A stretch of 63,962 nucleotides of DNA, the filler included, from an uncultured bacterium (lineage in GTDB: Bacteria > CAZSTA01), in the NCBI GenBank assembly GCA_964609495.1. It is 6 parts of 6 records of this genome, joined end to end, with 100 filler letters (N's around TTAATTAATTAA, not from the genome) between each part and the next. Parts side by side here need not be neighbours in the genome. Positions count along the whole stretch, not along the records: positions 11,355 to 22,538 come from CAZSTA010000117.1; positions 22,639 to 33,717 come from CAZSTA010000118.1; 4 more parts are not named here. One strand, written 5' to 3'. Below are positions 18,495 to 28,275 of this stretch, one piece after another (the first letter of the stretch is position 1; the number at the start of each line of letters is the position of its first letter). Under the pieces are notes generated by a model. The model had not been told where the DNA came from, ran no database searches, and was given only the letters and a program-made list of their open reading frames with translations. A program made the position numbers and the translations under genes.

Positions 18495-19472
18495 TTATAA
18501 GAATACCTCTTCCCAATAACGAAGCATTGTCAACCCCTCTTTGAATTCTCCATCGATATTCACTTCATATCCCAAAGCTAACTTCACCAATAGCAAAGGA
18601 GTATCGATCCCAGCGGCTATAGTCAAAGGCAGTCCCCCCGAGAAGCGAGGGTTTATCTCCGTAAACCATATCTCACTATCAATCATACATTGAATATTAG
18701 ATGGTCCCTTGATCTTCAGCAAGCTGGCTATTCTCCTTCCATACTCTATTAACCTATTATCTTTGACAATTCTACCCTTATAGGAGATGCCCGCCTTTGT
18801 CTCGATCCTCTCCCTAGGGACGACCGCGATAACCCTCCCCTCTAAGTCTGATAGCGTATCTAAGGTATATTCCTTTCCCTCTATATATTTTTGAATGATG
18901 GGATCGGGAACGTGTTTGATAAGAATATCTAGCTCTTCTTTCGTATCTACCCGAACGGTATCCCTGCTTCCTCTACCTCTCCTGGGCTTGATGATAAGGG
19001 GATAATCAACTGACTTCGTTCCCCTCTCCTCTTCCCTAAGAGAGAAATATCCAAGCTCTTCGGGAAGATAGGTTATGGGAGTAGGAATATCGTTCTCCAG
19101 GAAGAATTTATAAGTTTTGATCTTATCTTCGCAAGTTTCTATAGCATCGGGCTCGGATATAGTGAGCGCGACCCCTAATTCCTCGAATTTCTCCCTGCTT
19201 TGGGCTAAAACGAAGGATTCGGCATCGACCGTGGGGATTAAAACCTTTATCCCCTCTCGGCGACATATATCGGCAACGCTTGTCAGAAAGTGGCTCTCAG
19301 TTGCGGCCGGTAAGATATAGAATTTATGTCCCAGATACAACCCCGCGGAAAGAGGATTCATATCAGCCACAATTACCCTCAATTCCAACTCGTTCTGTTT
19401 TAACAGCGACTTAACAACTGCTACCCCGGCTGGACCTCCGACCCCGGTTACCATAACAGGGATAATGCTCAT
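18495..19472 (-). CDS. ATP-grasp protein (carbamoyl-phosphate-synthase-like, polysaccharide-associated)
   Basis: VTGVGG, DKIKT, IKPRRGRGS, EINPRFSGG. Confidence 0.85.
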   Translation of the reverse strand: MSIIPVMVTGVGGPAGVAVVKSLLKQNELELRVIVADMNPLSAGLYLGHKFYILPAATESHFLTSVADICRREGIKVLIPTVDAESFVLAQSREKFEELGVALTISEPDAIETCEDKIKTYKFFLENDIPTPITYLPEELGYFSLREEERGTKSVDYPLIIKPRRGRGSRDTVRVDTKEELDILIKHVPDPIIQKYIEGKEYTLDTLSDLEGRVIAVVPRERIETKAGISYKGRIVKDNRLIEYGRRIASLLKIKGPSNIQCMIDSEIWFTEINPRFSGGLPLTIAAGIDTPLLLVKLALGYEVNIDGEFKEGLTMLRYWEEVFL

Positions 19473-20626
19473 TCTACTAGCTCCTTCTTTCTAACTGTCT
19501 TCCAGCTAGTCCTCCTCTCTCCTCTGAGATATCTATACAATCCAAGCAAGAGGGCGAGGTTAGCAAAGCAGAAATAAAAAGGCGAAGAGAAAAACTTTGA
19601 TCTCCTCCTTCTTTCCTCCCATATCGCTCCCGCCCCTGCTAAAGAGTAAAATATAACCTGCCCGATAAACACAACCTGATAAAGAAATCCCTGCCTCAAT
19701 AAGGATATATTAGTCGAGAAGATAGCTATTAGGAATAGAGGGATCATCCAACGTAATACCTTATGAGAGATAAGCTGCCAAGTTATGAAACCATAGCGGA
19801 AGGGATTCAAAAGTGGCTTAACCTCAAATAGGCTATGATAACCCCCTAAGGCGACTCTAACTCTACCTCCGATCCCTCGCACCGTGATACTCGAAAGCTC
19901 CTCCATAGACACTGCCTCTGGCTCATATACCACTCTATAGCCCTGACTTGCGACCTTCAGGGGTTGAGCGAAATCACCAATGGCGGCTTCATCTAGGGGG
20001 GTATATAACTCTCGCCGAAGGGCATACATCGCTCCGCTGGAGCCGGTCATCGAGGACAGACTACTCTCCTTATGTTTGAGAAAGGTTTCATAACTCCAGT
20101 AAGCAGTTTCATTCTTCTCAGAGGAATCCTGCTCGCCAGGAATGAAATGAAGCTCCCCACTTACTCCTCCCACCTCGGGATCATTGAAGCTTCGCACTAG
20201 CTTCCTTATCGCACGAGGCTTATACATGACGTTGGCATCGGAGAATACTAGAATATCTCCCCTAGCTATAGGAACTGTGCGATTCTGAGCTGAGGTAGGT
20301 CCTCCATTGGGAGTAAGAGCATTAAGCAGAACTCCTTGAGAAGAATACTCCCCTACTATCTCATTGGTCCTATCAGTTGATCCATCAGAGGCAACGATTA
20401 TCTCCAGTTTATCCTCGGGATAATCCAAGCCGAGCGAATTCTCAATCTTCTCTCTGATAACATCTTCCTCGTTATAAGCGACGATGATCAAACTAACCGA
20501 GGGTTCGATATCAGCCTTATTTATCGGCTTCCTCAGAAAGACGGCTAAGATACCGATTATGAGAGGATATCCAAGATAAACATATATAACTATAAATATA
20601 GAAAGCCAAAATATAAACTTCAGCAA
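19469..20626 (-). CDS. GT2 family glycosyltransferase (IcaA/PgaC-like)
   Basis: AYNEE, SDGSTD, FSDAN; N- and C-terminal TM segments. Confidence 0.9.
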   Translation of the reverse strand: MLKFIFWLSIFIVIYVYLGYPLIIGILAVFLRKPINKADIEPSVSLIIVAYNEEDVIREKIENSLGLDYPEDKLEIIVASDGSTDRTNEIVGEYSSQGVLLNALTPNGGPTSAQNRTVPIARGDILVFSDANVMYKPRAIRKLVRSFNDPEVGGVSGELHFIPGEQDSSEKNETAYWSYETFLKHKESSLSSMTGSSGAMYALRRELYTPLDEAAIGDFAQPLKVASQGYRVVYEPEAVSMEELSSITVRGIGGRVRVALGGYHSLFEVKPLLNPFRYGFITWQLISHKVLRWMIPLFLIAIFSTNISLLRQGFLYQVVFIGQVIFYSLAGAGAIWEERRRRSKFFSSPFYFCFANLALLLGLYRYLRGERRTSWKTVRKKELVE

Positions 20627-20674
20627 ATCGCCATCATCCTCATAAGATAGAAATTGGAAATAGGCACTCTCTAT

Positions 20675-22459
20675 CTAGCTTCTTCCCAATACTTTAAGAA
20701 CAAAACTGCCCTCATATAACTCCTGCCAATTCGCCCTGACGGGAAGACTTAAGAGGCCCATGAGGAGGAGGATTATCCTTGAAGGGTAACTGTTCGCAAT
20801 ATCCGAGGGCGAAATCGAGAGCGTGATCAGGGTATTGGTAAATAGAGCGGATAGTAACACCAACCCGATCGTTGCTAAAGGTTGAGAACGTAACCTGGAG
20901 GGAAGTCCCCCTATCAAACCGCGAAAGATATCAATCCCTCCCCTATAAATAGTCGCTAAAATCTTCATTACTAATCTCATAAGGAAACTGTTATCAGCCG
21001 ACTGCTTCTTATCTTGAGGTAAGGAGATCCTCAACGCGGCTGCGGATAGCCCAGCTATTAGCCAGAAATTCTCCATTATCCTGGGGGATTGAAAGCCGTC
21101 AGTAGTTATCCCGAAGATGATAATCCCCACTAATATCCCTAAGCCACCCAGCCCTAGAGATTTACTTAAATTATCCTCAGACCTACGAAGTAAAAGTAGG
21201 GAGTTTCTGAATAGAAGAGACAACATAAATATGAAGACCAAAAAGCCTGCTATTCCCGACTCTATCAGGATCCTGAGATAGCTATTATCTGTTGTATAGA
21301 CCGAAGCATATCCATTCCCGAAGATAGGACGCTTTAGGAATTGCTTCCACATCTGACGCCATATATAGAATCTAGCCTCTAAAGAGGCATCGAAGATAAG
21401 ACCAGAGCTTCCTAGACGAACCATCCGCTTAATTCTCAGAAAAACTCCTCTAGGCATAATCTCGTAAGCCACTACTCCTAAGAGGATAGCTATTATTAGG
21501 ACAATAACTATTATCTTGAAATTCTTCTTCGTTAAGGCTAAAGCCAAACCTATAGTAACAAAGGCGGGTATAATCGCTATGAAGGCACTTCTTGTCCCAG
21601 AGTAGATCAAAGCGGCGAATAGAAGGGAGAAGGGGACCAGGGAAGCTATCTTCCAGATAAGAGGACGAATATTCAATATAAACGCCAATAGCAAAGAGAG
21701 CATAATTAGGGAATAACCAGCTAACGGTCCGGGAGCATCGTACAACTCGTTCCTATATAAGGGCATACCTGCCCTAAACCAGGTATGGGGGAAAACGATG
21801 TTGGAGTAATATATAGCATGACCTCCCACTATCACCCCTACAAAAGCGAATAAAACTAAAGCTCTCTTCAACATCCTTCGGCTACTGATTATATTAGCGG
21901 CGAAGAGATAAACTATATAGAATTCGCTATATTTCAAGAAATAGAGGATTGAAGGCAGAGGAGAATAGGTAATATATTCTGAAGGATAATTCAAAGTCGC
22001 CACCGGTTTTAAGGCTGAGTGTCCTAATATATACCTTCCCGTTGAGAATGCACCTATCATCATATAAATTAAGATCGGATAGAAGAGGGAAGCTTTGTAA
22101 AACGTCTTATCTTCCTTTAGGGATATCTTGAAGAGAATACAGAGAAAGAGGAAAGCTATAAAAACATCGTTAAAACGAATCTTCCCCTTCATACTCAGTA
22201 ATTTAGATAATTCCCATAATTTGAGTACTTCGGGAGAGATAGCTATAAAGAATATCAAGGGTAATATACTCAAGCTCAACCTGGAGGTGGTAACATAGAT
22301 GAGCAGGGATATTATCAGCAATGCGACTATAAACAGCCCGGCCTTAACTGATAAAATTCCCCCGCCGATTAATATTCCCAGCAGAATCAAACTCAAAGTT
22401 ATAGATTTGGAAGAAAAGCTCTCAGAAGTTAAATACATAAATATAAAATCTCTCCCCAC
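20675..22459 (-). CDS. O-antigen ligase/polymerase (Wzy_C/WaaL family)
   Basis: SGTRSA, SLEARFYIW, PIFGNG, DNSYLRILIESGIAG; more than 12 TMs. Confidence 0.85.
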   Translation of the reverse strand: MGRDFIFMYLTSESFSSKSITLSLILLGILIGGGILSVKAGLFIVALLIISLLIYVTTSRLSLSILPLIFFIAISPEVLKLWELSKLLSMKGKIRFNDVFIAFLFLCILFKISLKEDKTFYKASLFYPILIYMMIGAFSTGRYILGHSALKPVATLNYPSEYITYSPLPSILYFLKYSEFYIVYLFAANIISSRRMLKRALVLFAFVGVIVGGHAIYYSNIVFPHTWFRAGMPLYRNELYDAPGPLAGYSLIMLSLLLAFILNIRPLIWKIASLVPFSLLFAALIYSGTRSAFIAIIPAFVTIGLALALTKKNFKIIVIVLIIAILLGVVAYEIMPRGVFLRIKRMVRLGSSGLIFDASLEARFYIWRQMWKQFLKRPIFGNGYASVYTTDNSYLRILIESGIAGFLVFIFMLSLLFRNSLLLLRRSEDNLSKSLGLGGLGILVGIIIFGITTDGFQSPRIMENFWLIAGLSAAALRISLPQDKKQSADNSFLMRLVMKILATIYRGGIDIFRGLIGGLPSRLRSQPLATIGLVLLSALFTNTLITLSISPSDIANSYPSRIILLLMGLLSLPVRANWQELYEGSFVLKVLGRS

Positions 22460-22497
22460 GAGAGTCTATCTTTAAAGATAAACCCTTACCTGTAAGA

Positions 22498-22526
22498 ATT
22501 ATACTATAGTCCCAATCTTATGTCAA
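22498..22526 (-). promoter_or_regulatory. sigma70 promoter of the polysaccharide operon
   Basis: Perfect TTGACA-17-TATAAT on the minus strand. Confidence 0.75.
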
Positions 22527-22538
22527 TACCTTTTTGGG

Positions 22539-22638
22539 NNNNNNNNNNNNNNNNNNNNNNNNNNNNNNNNNNNNNNNNNNNNTTAATTAATTAANNNNNN
22601 NNNNNNNNNNNNNNNNNNNNNNNNNNNNNNNNNNNNNN
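22539..22638. other. Artificial contig linker
   Basis: N44-TTAATTAATTAA-N44. Confidence 0.99.
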
Positions 22639-22895
22639 CGACGTTGCTGAGAGGTCGGCATCGGAGCGGAAGCTGAAAGTCATCCCTGAACTGTAAGCTG
22701 AAAGGTAAATACCGAATAGGCTGAGCCGGGACAAGCACCCGTTATAAGGCTTGAGGTATAAGATATGAAGCGTTTTATATCTGTACCTGCCGAGGTCGGC
22801 ATCGTGAGGTGTCGGCGAATATGGGTGGTATCGTGAAGGTTATAATGACCTCTCACCCCTAACTGAGAGTGTAGTTATCGGGTGAGAGGTTTTTT
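22639..22895 (+). ncRNA. T-box riboswitch upstream of ilvBNC (5' end cut by contig start)
   Basis: GAGA and GCTGAAAG stem I motifs, CCCGTTA stem IIA/B, T-box GGGTGGTATCGTG (22823-22835), terminator CCTCTCACCC...GGGTGAGAGG-TTTTTT. Confidence 0.9.
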
Positions 22896-22926
22896 ATTTT
22901 GATAATATTTGAGGAGGTGCTTGAGC

Positions 22927-24594
22927 ATGAAGTTAATTGGTGCTGAAGCTTTTGTGGAGACTTTGAAACGAGAGGGGGTTGATACGATCTTCGGGTTTCC
23001 CGGAGGTGCTGTATTGCCTATTTATGATATTCTCTACAAAACGCCAGAGATAAGACATATCTTGACTAGACATGAGCAGGGAGCAGCTCATGCTGCCGAT
23101 GGCTATGCTAGAGTTACTGGGAAGCCGGGGGTGTGCATCGCCACTTCGGGACCAGGAGCTACCAACCTGGTAACTGGGCTTGCCACCGCCAGTATGGATT
23201 CGATCCCCGTTGTAGCTTTCACTGGACAGGTCCCTACTAGCCTCATCGGAAATGATGCTTTCCAAGAGGCAGATATCTTCGGAATCACCTCCCCAATCAC
23301 GAAGCATAACTACTTGGTTAAGGATGCGAAGGAGTTGCCTCATGTGTTGAGGGAAGCCTTTCACATCGCTAAGACGGGACGACCGGGACCGGTGCTAGTA
23401 GATCTGCCTAGAGATGTCCAACTAACTGAGATAGATTACGAATATCCGAAGGAAATAAATCTCAGAAGCTATAAACCAACCTATAAAGGACATATGAGAC
23501 AGATCAAACTTGCGGCGAAGGCGATCGCCGAGGCGAGGAGACCGGTGATAATAGCTGGGGGAGGAATCATCATATCGGGAGCCTCGGAAGAACTTTTCAA
23601 GCTGGCAGAGTTAACCCAAATTCCAGTAACAACTACTCTAATGGGCTTAGGAGTTTTTCCGGAGACTCATCCTCTATCCTTGGGAATGCCAGGGATGCAT
23701 GGGACTTGGTATGCCAACTATGCCATTACGGAGTCCGATCTAATAATCGCCATCGGAATGAGATTCGATGATAGGGTGACGGGGAAGGTATCGGAGTTCG
23801 CTCCCCACGCTAAGGTAATCCATATCGACATCGATCCTTCCGAGATAGGGAAAAATATCCCAGTTGATATCCCTATCGTGGGAGATGCTAAGCTCATCCT
23901 CAAGGATATGCTCAAATACTGCAAAAGCGGGAATAGAACGGAATGGCACGATATGATGGATGAGTGGAAGAGAGAGCATCCCCTTAGATATAAACAGGGT
24001 AGCAGCCCAAAGCCTCAATATATCGTGGAGCAGATATATGAGGCGACCAACGGGGAGGCGATTATCACCACCGAGGTGGGACAGAATCAGATGTGGGCGG
24101 CTCAGTTCTTCACCTATACTAAACCCCGAACCTTTATTTCCTCCGGAGGATTGGGAACTATGGGATATGGATTTCCCGCCTCGATAGGAGCGAAGATTGG
24201 ACGACCCGATAAGCACGTCTTCTGTATCGCTGGTGATGGTAGTTTCCAGATGAACACTCAAGAGTTGGCGACTGCGGTCGCCAACCAGGTCGGAGTGAAG
24301 GTCGCTATCCTCAACAATAAATTCCTGGGGATGGTGCGTCAATGGCAACAGTTATTCTATGATCGCCGTTATTCGGCTACCTGTTTAGAAGATGCTCCTG
24401 ACTTCGTGAAGTTGGCTGAGGCTTATGGAGCAAAGGGGATAAGAATCAAAGAGGCTGAGGAGGTTCGCCCAGCAATCGAAGAGGCGATCGAAACCGATGG
24501 TCCAGTAATTATGGACTTCCTCATACCTAGGGAAGAAAACGTCTTCCCAATGGTTCCTGCTGGAGCTGCGATAAAGGATATGATCGAGGGGTGA
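22927..24594 (+). CDS. ilvB: Acetolactate synthase large subunit
   Basis: [33 protein letters not shown]...NN TPP motif; SD GAGGAGGT before ATG 22927. Confidence 0.97.
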   Translation: MKLIGAEAFVETLKREGVDTIFGFPGGAVLPIYDILYKTPEIRHILTRHEQGAAHAADGYARVTGKPGVCIATSGPGATNLVTGLATASMDSIPVVAFTGQVPTSLIGNDAFQEADIFGITSPITKHNYLVKDAKELPHVLREAFHIAKTGRPGPVLVDLPRDVQLTEIDYEYPKEINLRSYKPTYKGHMRQIKLAAKAIAEARRPVIIAGGGIIISGASEELFKLAELTQIPVTTTLMGLGVFPETHPLSLGMPGMHGTWYANYAITESDLIIAIGMRFDDRVTGKVSEFAPHAKVIHIDIDPSEIGKNIPVDIPIVGDAKLILKDMLKYCKSGNRTEWHDMMDEWKREHPLRYKQGSSPKPQYIVEQIYEATNGEAIITTEVGQNQMWAAQFFTYTKPRTFISSGGLGTMGYGFPASIGAKIGRPDKHVFCIAGDGSFQMNTQELATAVANQVGVKVAILNNKFLGMVRQWQQLFYDRRYSATCLEDAPDFVKLAEAYGAKGIRIKEAEEVRPAIEEAIETDGPVIMDFLIPREENVFPMVPAGAAIKDMIEG

Positions 24595-24598
24595 TGAT

Positions 24599-25096
24599 AT
24601 GGCTAAGAAACACATTATAACTGCTTTAGTGGAGAATCACCCGGGGGTTCTCTCCCACATATCAGGATTATTCGCCCGTAGGGGATTCAATATCGACAGC
24701 CTTGCTGTGGGGAGGACCGAACGGGATGATGTCTCCCGAATGACGATCGTGGTAGAAGGTGATGATAGTATCTTAGAGAAGGTTACTAAGCAACTTAATA
24801 AGTTGATAGATGTGATCAAGGTGAGCGATTTCGTCGATACTAGTGTGGTTGATCGGGAGATGATCTTGATCAAAGTCAAGGCTAGTGCTACCACTCGCTC
24901 GGAGATTATGCAGATAGTGGATATCTTCCGGGCTAGGATCGTTGATGTCAGCCGAGAATCCCTGATAGTTGAGGTTACTGGTGATGAGGGAAAGCTCTTG
25001 GCTATCATCGACTTACTCAGACCGTTCGGGATAATGGAGATGGTTCGCACTGGAAAGATCGCCCTGGCTAGAGGGCAGAAGGCGACAACCGTTTAG
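24599..25096 (+). CDS. ilvN: Acetolactate synthase small (regulatory) subunit
   Basis: ACT domain ENHPGVLSHISGLFARRGFNIDSL; EMVRTG. Confidence 0.97.
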   Translation: MAKKHIITALVENHPGVLSHISGLFARRGFNIDSLAVGRTERDDVSRMTIVVEGDDSILEKVTKQLNKLIDVIKVSDFVDTSVVDREMILIKVKASATTRSEIMQIVDIFRARIVDVSRESLIVEVTGDEGKLLAIIDLLRPFGIMEMVRTGKIALARGQKATTV

Positions 25097-25182
25097 GGGT
25101 TGAAAATTGAAGATAGAAATTGGAGGGGGAATTTATCCACTTCGATTTCTATCTTCTAAATATGAAAGGAGAGGTGAGATAA

Positions 25183-26181
<999 letters not shown>

Positions 26182-26211
26182 CATATTAATCATAGAATAA
26201 TTTAACTATAT

Positions 26212-26245
26212 AGCATCAGGTAAGTGAACCTGATGCTTATTTTTT
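26212..26245 (+). terminator. Intrinsic terminator after ilvC
   Basis: AGCATCAGGT-AAGTGA-ACCTGATGCT followed by a T-rich tract. Confidence 0.85.
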
Positions 26246-26488
26246 GCCTTGATACAACGCGATAATGTTGATCCTATTCATCAGTTGGATACTTGAAGAC
26301 GAATGAATTATATCTGCACGCCCTAAACCTTGAATATTCTACCAATCTTATAAAACAGGATATAGAATCACCATCCCACGAATTCACTTGCAGGATTATA
26401 ACTATCCTATATCCCTATTAATATCTCAATAACCATGAAGGAGATAGACCCCTTAGCCAAAGCTAAGAGCAATTTTGTCTCTGCTTCA

Positions 26489-26989
26489 TTAATCCAACGG
26501 TGGTATCTCCTCTATAGGTATATCCTGGGGAAGCTCCATAGGCTCTCGCCTAAGCTCTGGAGAGGCATACTTAACCATTATGAGCAATATATCTTCGACC
26601 GTTTGGAGCAACTCAGTTACAGCTTCGATAATAACAGTTATGCCTCCTCTGATTGGCACCTCCTTTATATCCTCTCCCACTACTACGATGACCGAAACAG
26701 GAGTTATGTTCCCCATACTCCTACTCGTCTCAATAGAGAAGATCCCTTCCCCTATTTTCGTTACTTCGGCGAAGAGATTCGCAGTAGCTGTCGGAATTAT
26801 CTTCGTCTGTTCATCGATTATGATTGGATCGCCAAAGACCGTATTCTTATTTAGTACATCCTTGAGAGTGTTTAAAAGTTTGTCATTGATAGATTCCACC
26901 TGCAATTCTTCTTCGGCGAGCGAGATCTCCACTGTTAATAGGAGAAGAACGACTAAGACGATCAATGATAGTGTTATTCTACCCTTCAC
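26489..26989 (-). CDS. YtfJ/GerW-like protein with N-terminal signal peptide
   Basis: NTVFGDPII...IIP and ITPVSVIVV motifs; hydrophobic leader ending in SLA. Confidence 0.6.
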   Translation of the reverse strand: MKGRITLSLIVLVVLLLLTVEISLAEEELQVESINDKLLNTLKDVLNKNTVFGDPIIIDEQTKIIPTATANLFAEVTKIGEGIFSIETSRSMGNITPVSVIVVVGEDIKEVPIRGGITVIIEAVTELLQTVEDILLIMVKYASPELRREPMELPQDIPIEEIPPLD

Positions 26990-27058
26990 CTCTACACCTC
27001 CTTTCAGCTAGGCTTGATCAATTACAAGATAAAGAGATCAGCTTGCGTGGTTGTATAT

Positions 27059-27139
27059 AGTATAGTGTAAATATATAAAATTGTCAAGTGTTTTTTGGCA
27101 AATTTAATCCCCCAGCCTGATGGCTAGGGGATTAAAGCC
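27059..27139 (-). mobile_element. IS605-end-like hairpin plus sigma70 promoter cassette, copy 1
   Basis: Minus strand GGCTTTAATCCCCTAGCCATCAGGCTGGGGGATTAAATTTGCCAAAAAACAC-TTGACA-17-TATACT; homologous to 40684-40764. Confidence 0.7.
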
Positions 27140-27195
27140 ATATTATTCTATAACTTACCAGTTGAATGCTCCTAATTGCCAAAGGACTGTGATTT

Positions 27196-27423
27196 TTAGG
27201 GGATTAACACAACTTCCCCTCCATCGATGACCTCAATTGTATATTGCAGGACAGCCAGAACATCCTCCCAACTTATTCCATATCCATCCATTAATTCATT
27301 TAAGCTCATTCCCGAGGATAACTTGCTTAGAACTAGCTTGACTGGAACTCTAGTTCCCTTTATTATTGGTTGTCCAAACATTATATTTTCGTCTATAACA
27401 ATCCTAGGGGTAAGTTCGATCAT
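27196..27423 (-). CDS. DUF433 antitoxin-like protein (no toxin partner)
   Basis: RIVIDENIMFGQPIIKGTRVPV...YGISWEDVLAVLQY. Confidence 0.85.
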   Translation of the reverse strand: MIELTPRIVIDENIMFGQPIIKGTRVPVKLVLSKLSSGMSLNELMDGYGISWEDVLAVLQYTIEVIDGGEVVLIP

Positions 27424-27446
27424 ATAACCTCATTTCCCTTCAATAT

Positions 27447-28271
27447 CTATTTCCAACGGCGAATGATACCTCTTATCAGCTTTTTGAACTTAGCTCCACT
27501 TGTCTCAGCTACCTCAATTACCTCTTGATGGCTTAAGGTCTTGTGAGAATCCTCCCTCGTTACTCCGGTTATACAAGAGATACCTAATACTCGGAGGGAA
27601 CAATGGCGAGCAACGATGACCTCGGGAACAGTTGACATCCCTACCGCATCAGCCCCAATTATCCTCAAGAATCTGATCTCAGCAGGGGTCTCATAACTTG
27701 GTCCACTTACTCCCACGTATACCCCTTTTTGAACTTTTATCCCTTCCTCCTCAGCAACTTTCAAGCTCAATTCGATCAGTTCCTTATCGTAAGTCTGGGT
27801 CATATTAGGAAACCTCGGACCCATCTTGGAGTAATTGGGTCCGATCAAGGGGTTAGTGCCCATAAGATTGATGTGATCTGTTATAATCATCAAATCTCCA
27901 ACCTCGAAACTCTCATTTATCCCTCCCGAGGCATTGGTAACTATAAGGTCTTTTATTCCTAGCTTAGCCATAACTCGAGTCGGGAAAGTGATCTCTTGCA
28001 TATCCCTCCCTTCATAATAGTGAGGCCTGCCTTGCATAGCTAATATTTGCTTGTTCTCTAACTCTCCAATCACCATTATTCCTGAATGACCTTCAACTGT
28101 AATAGGAGGAAAGTTGGGGATCTCATCATAGGGGAACGTTACTTCGGGTTGGATCTCATCGGCTAGAGCTCCTAAGCCAGAGCCCAAGATTATCGCTATC
28201 TGGGGAATGGAGCTCAATCGAGAGGAGAGAAAATCTTCCGCCTCACCCACCTTCTCATACCAGTCTTGCAT
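27447..28271 (-). CDS. punA: Purine-nucleoside phosphorylase (trimeric type)
   Basis: ILGSGLG, GRPHYYEG, TNASGG, GPSYETPAE, AVGMSTVPE. Confidence 0.95.
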   Translation of the reverse strand: MQDWYEKVGEAEDFLSSRLSSIPQIAIILGSGLGALADEIQPEVTFPYDEIPNFPPITVEGHSGIMVIGELENKQILAMQGRPHYYEGRDMQEITFPTRVMAKLGIKDLIVTNASGGINESFEVGDLMIITDHINLMGTNPLIGPNYSKMGPRFPNMTQTYDKELIELSLKVAEEEGIKVQKGVYVGVSGPSYETPAEIRFLRIIGADAVGMSTVPEVIVARHCSLRVLGISCITGVTREDSHKTLSHQEVIEVAETSGAKFKKLIRGIIRRWK

Positions 28272-28275
28272 AATG

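Noticed and set aside
26435-27011. Two plus-strand ORFs (139 and 143 aa)
   Set aside because: They overlap the minus-strand gene, which has an SD, promoter, signal peptide and family motifs
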